DNA of 62,688 bases, the filler included, from Platydemus manokwari (Eukaryota): the NCBI GenBank assembly GCA_037951405.1. It is 5 parts of 5 records of this genome, joined end to end, with 100 filler letters (N's around TTAATTAATTAA, not from the genome) between each part and the next. Parts side by side here need not be neighbours in the genome. Positions count along the whole stretch, not along the records: positions 51,596 to 62,688 come from JBBMOY010912198.1; 4 more parts are not named here. One strand, given 5' to 3'. The position numbers were made by a program, and so were the translations under genes. How positions within the stretch are numbered: position 1 is the stretch's first letter; each line of letters opens with the position of its first letter. Of this stretch, positions 55,945-62,688 are shown one piece after another. A model generated the notes under the pieces. That model was not told the origin of the DNA. It ran no database searches and worked only from the letters and a program-made list of their open reading frames with translations.

Positions 55945-56406
55945 CAATATATTATCGAAACATTTTAATCAATTAATTTTTCATCAACAGATAAATTTGT
56001 TAACTCTTCATGATATTTTTCTTTTAATTCTCACTTATGCTTCTACTTTGTTTCTTTTAGTATTTTATTTTCTTATTTTTCTTTTTCTATAATCTTCGAA
56101 AATTTCTTCACGTAAATCTTTGATAACTTCCTTAGTCTTAATTATTTCTTCATCGGTTAATATATTAACCTCCTAAGCTATTATTTGGAATAAATATAAT
56201 TTATCACTACTATGTTGAAGCGCTTCACCAACTTTCCTATAGATTTTTTCTTTTAATCCAATATGAAAAGACTCTCTGATAACAAAATTTATTATTGTTA
56301 ATAAACAAGTTCTTACCCTACAATACAAAGTAATTACCGGTAAAATTCCAACACCAATGTACCTAAAGTTCCACCAGATATTAAAATAAAGTTAAATTCT
56401 TTTTTT

Positions 56407-56740
56407 TCTAGAGTGTTGAAAAATAAGCGAGAGTATATTAGATTTTGATCATCTTTGTCTAATTTAAACAAAATAAAGAAATGTGCCTTATATCTGAACG
56501 TATCTTTAGGTTGGCGAAACCAACTTTGTGATAGATAAATACTATTACAACGATTATGTTCTCCTCAACAGTTAACATTCTAAAGGAGGGAAAAATATTT
56601 TCATGATTATTTTATTTTATTTTATTCCGATCCTAAGCAAAGAACATCCTTGGCTTGTATTTCTGTTGTGCAATTTTTGAGATTTAAAAATTACAAAAGA
56701 CAAATAATATTTGATATAATTTATCTTGGAATTCTCTAAT
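56407..56740 (-). pseudogene. Polinton A32-like packaging ATPase relic
   Basis: *GEHNRCNSIYLSQSWFRQPKDTFRYKAHFFILFK (56407-56566) matches the GRH-N-S---L-Q-Y--PK--R-N---ILF motif. Convergent with pPolB. P-loop not recognisable. Confidence 0.7.
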
Positions 56741-57144
56741 TAAAGATTCTGACAATTTTTGACGATATGTAATAGTGCTCCATTCAACTCGAAATTTTCG
56801 GATAAAATCTTTGAAATCACCAAATCGCTGTTTAATTCAATCAGATTTGGATATTTCCTTTACTGGTATTTGGACCAATTCGATTAATTTCTTATTAGTT
56901 CTTATTGAAATTCGAGCAGTACTGGTGAATTTAGAAATTATTGATTTATGATTAAAAATTCAATGTTAAATTTATACAATAATATCGATTGTTTCACTAA
57001 ATCAAATTTTATTTATTTATTTATTTAACTTAATTTACATTTAGCTCAATTTATATTTAACTTTAGCAGCTTTCATTAATAATTATTTACAGTTCTTGCT
57101 TTTCATGCGTGGATTCAAATTTTAGATTATCAAATAATCGACCA

Positions 57145-58499
57145 ATGAGTGAGCAACTATACGACACCATGTGGGCAGTTATGAGACAACATCGTTTAGT
57201 CATCATTGATGATACGGGTTTGCCTTATGAGTGTAAAATTTGCAACAATATCTTGATTGAAGCGTGTAATGCACCTTGTGGGTGTCGATTTTGTATTGAT
57301 TGTATAAAGCAATATTTGAAAGACGGGGAAAAGAAATGTCCAGGTCAACTCGAACACTGTGATGAAAAGATTTTAGATTTCGAAAGAGATATCCAAATAA
57401 ATCAAACGATCGATATGATGGTTTCCAAATTAATTTCGAAATGTCCGAATGATGGTTGTGAATCGATTATAGAATTGCAATCAATATCAGTTCATTTAAA
57501 CAATTGTAAAAATAAATCTGATAAATCGTGTGATTTTGATTGTGAAGAGATTGGCCAAGCGAAAAATCATCTGACAGTGGAGATTTCGTCACAAATATCA
57601 CAGCTGACTGATAAAATCAATAATTGGCAAAATGAATTTGAAATTATGAGAAGAGAAAATTGTGATTTGAAAGAAATATTTCAAACTGAGAGCAAGTTAA
57701 TAAAAGAACAAATCGAGATAGAAAGCATTGAGAAGACAAAACAAGCAAGATAAATTGCTGTGATCTTGGATTATCTGATATTTTTCGATTCAGATTTCAC
57801 AATTAAGGGGACTAATAGTCAAACAAGCTCAACAACAAGATCAATTTACGCAATTAATTGAAAAAAAATTTGTAAATTGAATATGTTTATCAAATAAATG
57901 AATTTCCTCCTTTCAAGGAACAGCAGCAATTGAAGCTGGACGAGATATCGCGCACTGTCAACACATTGGTGAATGAATTTCAAATCAATTTTAAAAAATT
58001 TGTCGAAAGTCAACAGATGAACAATAAAGCAGATGACTTCATTTGGCCTATCGATGGTTTAAAGGAAAAAGTCTCCGAAGCAAATAAGGATACTTATCAT
58101 TTTCACAGCCATAATTTTCTGACTCATTCCAATGGGTACACAATATGTCTTTACGCTGAAATTACTAGGGATTGTCGTATCTTTATTCGTTTCAAGATTT
58201 GTAAAGGTCCATTTAATGACAATTTAAAATGGCCTTTCGATCGAGATGTGGAATTTTCAATTATTCATCCGAAAACTGGGCTCGATCATGAGGTGTCACG
58301 TATTAAGTGTTCCTCTTACTATGATTATCAATCTCGGACAGAACTGCAAAAACCAAGGGAAAATGATAACTACAAATTCGGACATGGTTATTCTTTTAGT
58401 TTCTATGAAAACCAAGATTTTCTACAAAGAAATGAAATATTTATCAAATTCAAATCTTTCGAGCATCAGCATAGTAATGATTTTCCATTCAATAAATAA
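57145..58499 (+). CDS. TRAF-family protein (RING, TRAF Zn finger, coiled coil, MATH/TRAF-C)
   Basis: Exons 57145-57744, 57794-57871, 57918-58499 splice in frame. RING CKIC..CGCRFCIDC..CPG; Zn finger CPNDGC..HLNNC; MATH FIWPI..F-T--GY--CL..GPFNDNLKWPF..IFIK. Confidence 0.9.
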
Positions 58500-61400
58500 T
58501 TCAATAAATTGATTGAATATTTGTTGTTGATGTAACTGATTATGGCTCTGTAAAATCAATAAATAGATAAAATACATTTGCAGTTGTATTGAGCTGATCG
58601 AATAAGGAAACAGTCGATCTCTGAATGTCGTTTTCGATTATTTATAATGATTTTTATCAATATTCGCCTCCATTAGCAACAACTACAAAATTTTCAATGA
58701 TAAAACACTTCCTTAATAAGTCTACAACTAAAGAAATATATAGTCAGAGCTTAACTCGATAATATTGATTAATTAAATGATATAAAATAAAATATAAAAT
58801 AAAAGTAATAGAGGATATATTAAAAGTGAAAATGATAAAGAAATGATATAACCATAGCAACATACAGCTTATCGTAAAACGTAAAAATTAAAACAATATA
58901 TATAAATATTAAAGAAAATACAAATAAGACCAACAGCATATCTAATAATGGAGAATAATCAATAACGGCAAACAAAATATACTGCATATGAGCAAATTTA
59001 TTTCAAGAAATTTAGTAGCAATGAACTCAGGGGAAGAAATTCATCGAACATTTGACAATTTTTATTAAATCCATTCTCCTTCATCATTCTTTTCCTCCAT
59101 ATTTAGATGGTATTAGCTCCATACAGTGTTTGTGAAAATGATTATATTTCCATTATTAATAAATAAATAAATAAATAAATTCATCAACAATTTAAACAAT
59201 CGGTTCATTTAAATATTTAGGTAATCATATATTGGCCAGTATTTATCACCAACAACCAAGGGTAAATAATGAAGTGTCAATGACAACGATGATCATTTTT
59301 ATGATAGTGACAGTGACGATTATCTGAAACAATATTTGACATTTTATCAATAAATTTTGTGAACCTTTGTATGTTTTGGCGAAGCGATTTCTGGTAAAAA
59401 AATTACAGTGATGACATTTTAATTGCTGACAAGAAATATGTGATGATTAAAGATCTTTTATATCTAATGAATGTGATCAGTAATTGCGTTGTAGCTCATT
59501 ATTTCAAGCAGATATTTGACATATTAAAATCAATATTGATTTATAACATATAGATCAAGTAGCTGTTGTGTTCTCAACGAAACAGGTCACTTATTTCTTA
59601 AATTGAGTATTATTTAATTTCTGAGTTAAGCTGTGCTCATTTGTTTTAATTAACTGTTTATAAATCAATAATTTTGTGAACATTAGCGTTGTATATCAAT
59701 TGTATATAAATAATCAAAGCTACAATCATTACTTGTGCGTGTTTTATCTGTGAATATCTGGACGATATAGTTTTTGTTATTGATTATTTAATTAAATGAT
59801 ATATTATGGACTCAATTAAAATATATTATAATTAAAGGCCCTTAACTCGATAGTGAATATCTGCAACTTCAACTATAAATGCACAACTTGTAAGAAAATT
59901 AGATTAGAAGTTAAACACACAAAGTAACATAAGATTTTTAAAAATTAGAAATGCCCTCTATATTGAATAATACTAATCACTGCCAATATTATTAACGACT
60001 ACCAATTAAAATCAATACGTAGAATGATTAGGAATGAAATCATTAAACAAAAGAATATGAATACAAATTATATTGACTATGATGTGTAAATCAATAATAA
60101 CACTGATTTCGACTGACTTACCACCAAGTACTGACGCAAAAAAATAGGAAGATGTGAAAAATTTCAACTTTCCTGAGCTTATGTTCTAACTATAGATTAC
60201 TGGTTCTACAAATCTTATCCATTTCCAGAAATTTGAAAATTTACTTCGCCTCATCTCTACTAACATCTAGAAGCGTGGATTCGGTTAATTGACTTGAAAT
60301 CAAATATTAACTTTAATGGTCGTGATGTCATCGCAAAATATGCTTGCTGACTGTTTTGTGAGAGATTATTTGGTCAAGTCTTTCAAATGATGTTCTACTT
60401 CTATTAGCAACTGTCAGCCAAATAAGTTTTTGTGCAGAAATATTGTACGTACAAGAAATATTCATTCTGAATGTGCCTTTTATTTTATTCTTATCATCTA
60501 TTGTTTGTGATTTGAGAATCTTTCATATAAAACAATTATTAGGAATTCATTTCTAGTAATTCTTATATATTATTTTTGCTTTGACTGCTGTGGTTGGAGT
60601 TTTGATATTCGATTCTTTGTGAGAATAATGACTCGAAACAATCTGCTTATATAGGTGCTTACGTCTGCTTTATATGGATGTTTCAGTTGATAATGTCAAT
60701 GATTCGCTCAAAGTTATTATTTATAAATGAATTAATTTTATAAATAATAATATATATTTTATAATTTTTAATAATCATATTAAAAATTCCTTCAATTATT
60801 TAGAAGCACGGACTGGTCAATAGAATTGATAAAATGGCTATATTATATTGATTATATTTCTAAATTTATGAGCTAGATATGTTTTGCTGATGATAAGATG
60901 GTCCACAGATTAAATAAAAATTCGAATCTTATATTATAGCCTAAGATATTGAAGTGTGTTTTTTTAAAATCTGTTTTCAATATCTTTACGAACGTATTTT
61001 CTCAGTGCTTAAATAATTTATGGTAATTTGTTTTTATCTGCTCAGGAGATTATTAGCGATTTAATATACAAATTATACACTCGTTTTGATAATTTTTCTA
61101 AACTGCTTTCCCAACAGATTTTAAACTGAACAAAAAGTTGTTTCACATTGCACTTTGTACCCGATGGTTAATAAATAATTGACTGGAATTTACTTATTTT
61201 TCGGTACCAAATACCATCAAAGGACTTAATGATTCTTTCAAGTCTAAATTATCAACATTCATTATATATTTCCAAATATCTACAATTCCAAAAATAATCC
61301 ATATAAACATAAAGTTTTGTTTTAATAATATTTGATTTGTTCACAAATGGTTTTGTATGCAATCAATAAATGACAGATAAAAATTTCTAGAAGCGAATTT

Positions 61401-62688
61401 CAAGAAAAGTATGTCAATGAATGACAGATTCAGATTTCCATCTCAATGATGAGATAAGAAGATGGAATGCATGATTATGAAAGAGCTTTAGGAAGTGAAA
61501 AACATTTGAAATCGCCATTGTGATCAAATAATATTTTTCAAATCACATGTAAGTCAAGTTTTTTCAGAGATTTCTCACCTAGGTGATACTCGTAGTGTAG
61601 TGATCGCTGTTATCTAAGTAGGAATACTGGAATATTTGTTGTTTACCTGTTTCAATGTCCTTTTTTTGATGTGACTTTCGGTTTCACGTTTGATTAATTT
61701 GGCTTGTTGTTTGAGTTATCTCGGTTTTTTCCCAGTCTGTTATTTAGTCTCATGTTTGATTGTCGAGGAATTTTTTGTGGAATTTTTTGATAAGCCACAG
61801 AATGAACGCAGGATTCCCTGTAGTCATCTGTGGTGATTCATGGTGAATAGCTAGATTGGTCCTGAATCTGAAAATTTCTGATTTTTAATGAAAATTTTTA
61901 ATGGTTTTGTTTGGTGACTGGGATCATGATTAAACTCGTCATCTTTGTGGAAACAATCTTTTGGTATTGTTTTATCAAAATTCACCATATCAAGAAATAT
62001 TTAGCAAGTATTGATCAAAATAATCATCGTATTTTTATATCTTGTTAATTACATAATCCAAGTGGTTTAAAATATTCAAAGTTTCACGTGGTAGACTCAA
62101 TTCAAACAGTTGATTGTGGATCTAGATATGATAAACTGCGACTAAATAAACATTTATTGGCGCGATTTTCTTTATTTTTTTCTCTTCTATTCCTTTTTAT
62201 TTGTCCATTAATTATTGATTTGCAGTCGGATTTAATAAAATAAAATTTGATATTACGATTTCAGATCGTTGGATTTATGATAATTATTCCTATTGAATAT
62301 GGACATGATGATATTGATTATCACTGTCTACATCATTTTACTGAGTTCTTATCGACCTTCATTAAGTATTTAAAACTTGATTATTATAGATGATATAGAT
62401 TAGTTAATTTACTATTGATTTTACCAAAGATATTAAATTGATGATATAGATGAGTGTAATCATTAGATTATCTAAATCTTCTATGTCTAATCTTTAAATA
62501 TCTTGATTGTTAGTTGTTTCTAGTGATCCGATGAATAATTGATTATGTTATCGATTATGATTCTTTATTTGCCATGAGATTTTACGAAAGTATTTTGTGT
62601 TTGTCTGATCAGCTATTTATATTAGCCAGGTCATTCAGTGTTTCGAGTTTATAACACAATTTATGCATTCTTCGAATGTCTTTCTTGC

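Noticed and set aside
1202-58499. A 'ubiquitin/SUMO system' cluster (double RING, Ulp1 proteases, TRAF, death domain)
   Set aside because: The components lie on different joined pieces. The death domain belongs to ankyrin and the proteases belong to a retrotransposon.
58900-62688. Possible coding or TE fragments in the terminal region (e.g. 61550-61960 and 62250-62688, minus strand)
   Set aside because: Compositionally TE-like, but no diagnostic motif can be supported by eye.

Overview
Strongly AT-rich eukaryotic DNA with many ~45-60 bp spliceosomal introns. It is most consistent with a flatworm/planarian such as Schmidtea; this is an inference from composition, intron size, the TRAF-type gene and the TE spectrum. 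The window is not one locus. It consists of five sequence pieces (1-12248, 12349-31545, 31646-41183, 41284-51495, 51596-62688) joined by artificial 100-nt linkers (44N-TTAATTAATTAA-44N). Host genes: (1) an intronless gene encoding two tandem [C3HC3D RING + helical] units; (2) a multi-exon, divergent I-BAR/IMD-like gene; (3) the 3' half of a canonical ankyrin (last ANK repeat, ZU5-ZU5-UPA, death domain, acidic tail); (4) a three-coding-exon TRAF-family gene (RING, Zn finger, coiled coil, MATH) with a GC-AG intron. Mobile DNA: a decayed NeSL/R5-like RLE non-LTR retrotransposon with two tandem Ulp1/SENP-like protease domains, two or three Ty3/Gypsy relics, a Polinton/Maverick relic (pPolB and A32-like ATPase) next to the TRAF gene, mariner and pogo termini, probable piggyBac and CR1/L2 relics, and (TTA)n microsatellites. 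The most unusual items are the double-protease retrotransposon and the duplicated-RING gene. All homology calls come from motifs recognised by eye; no searches were run.
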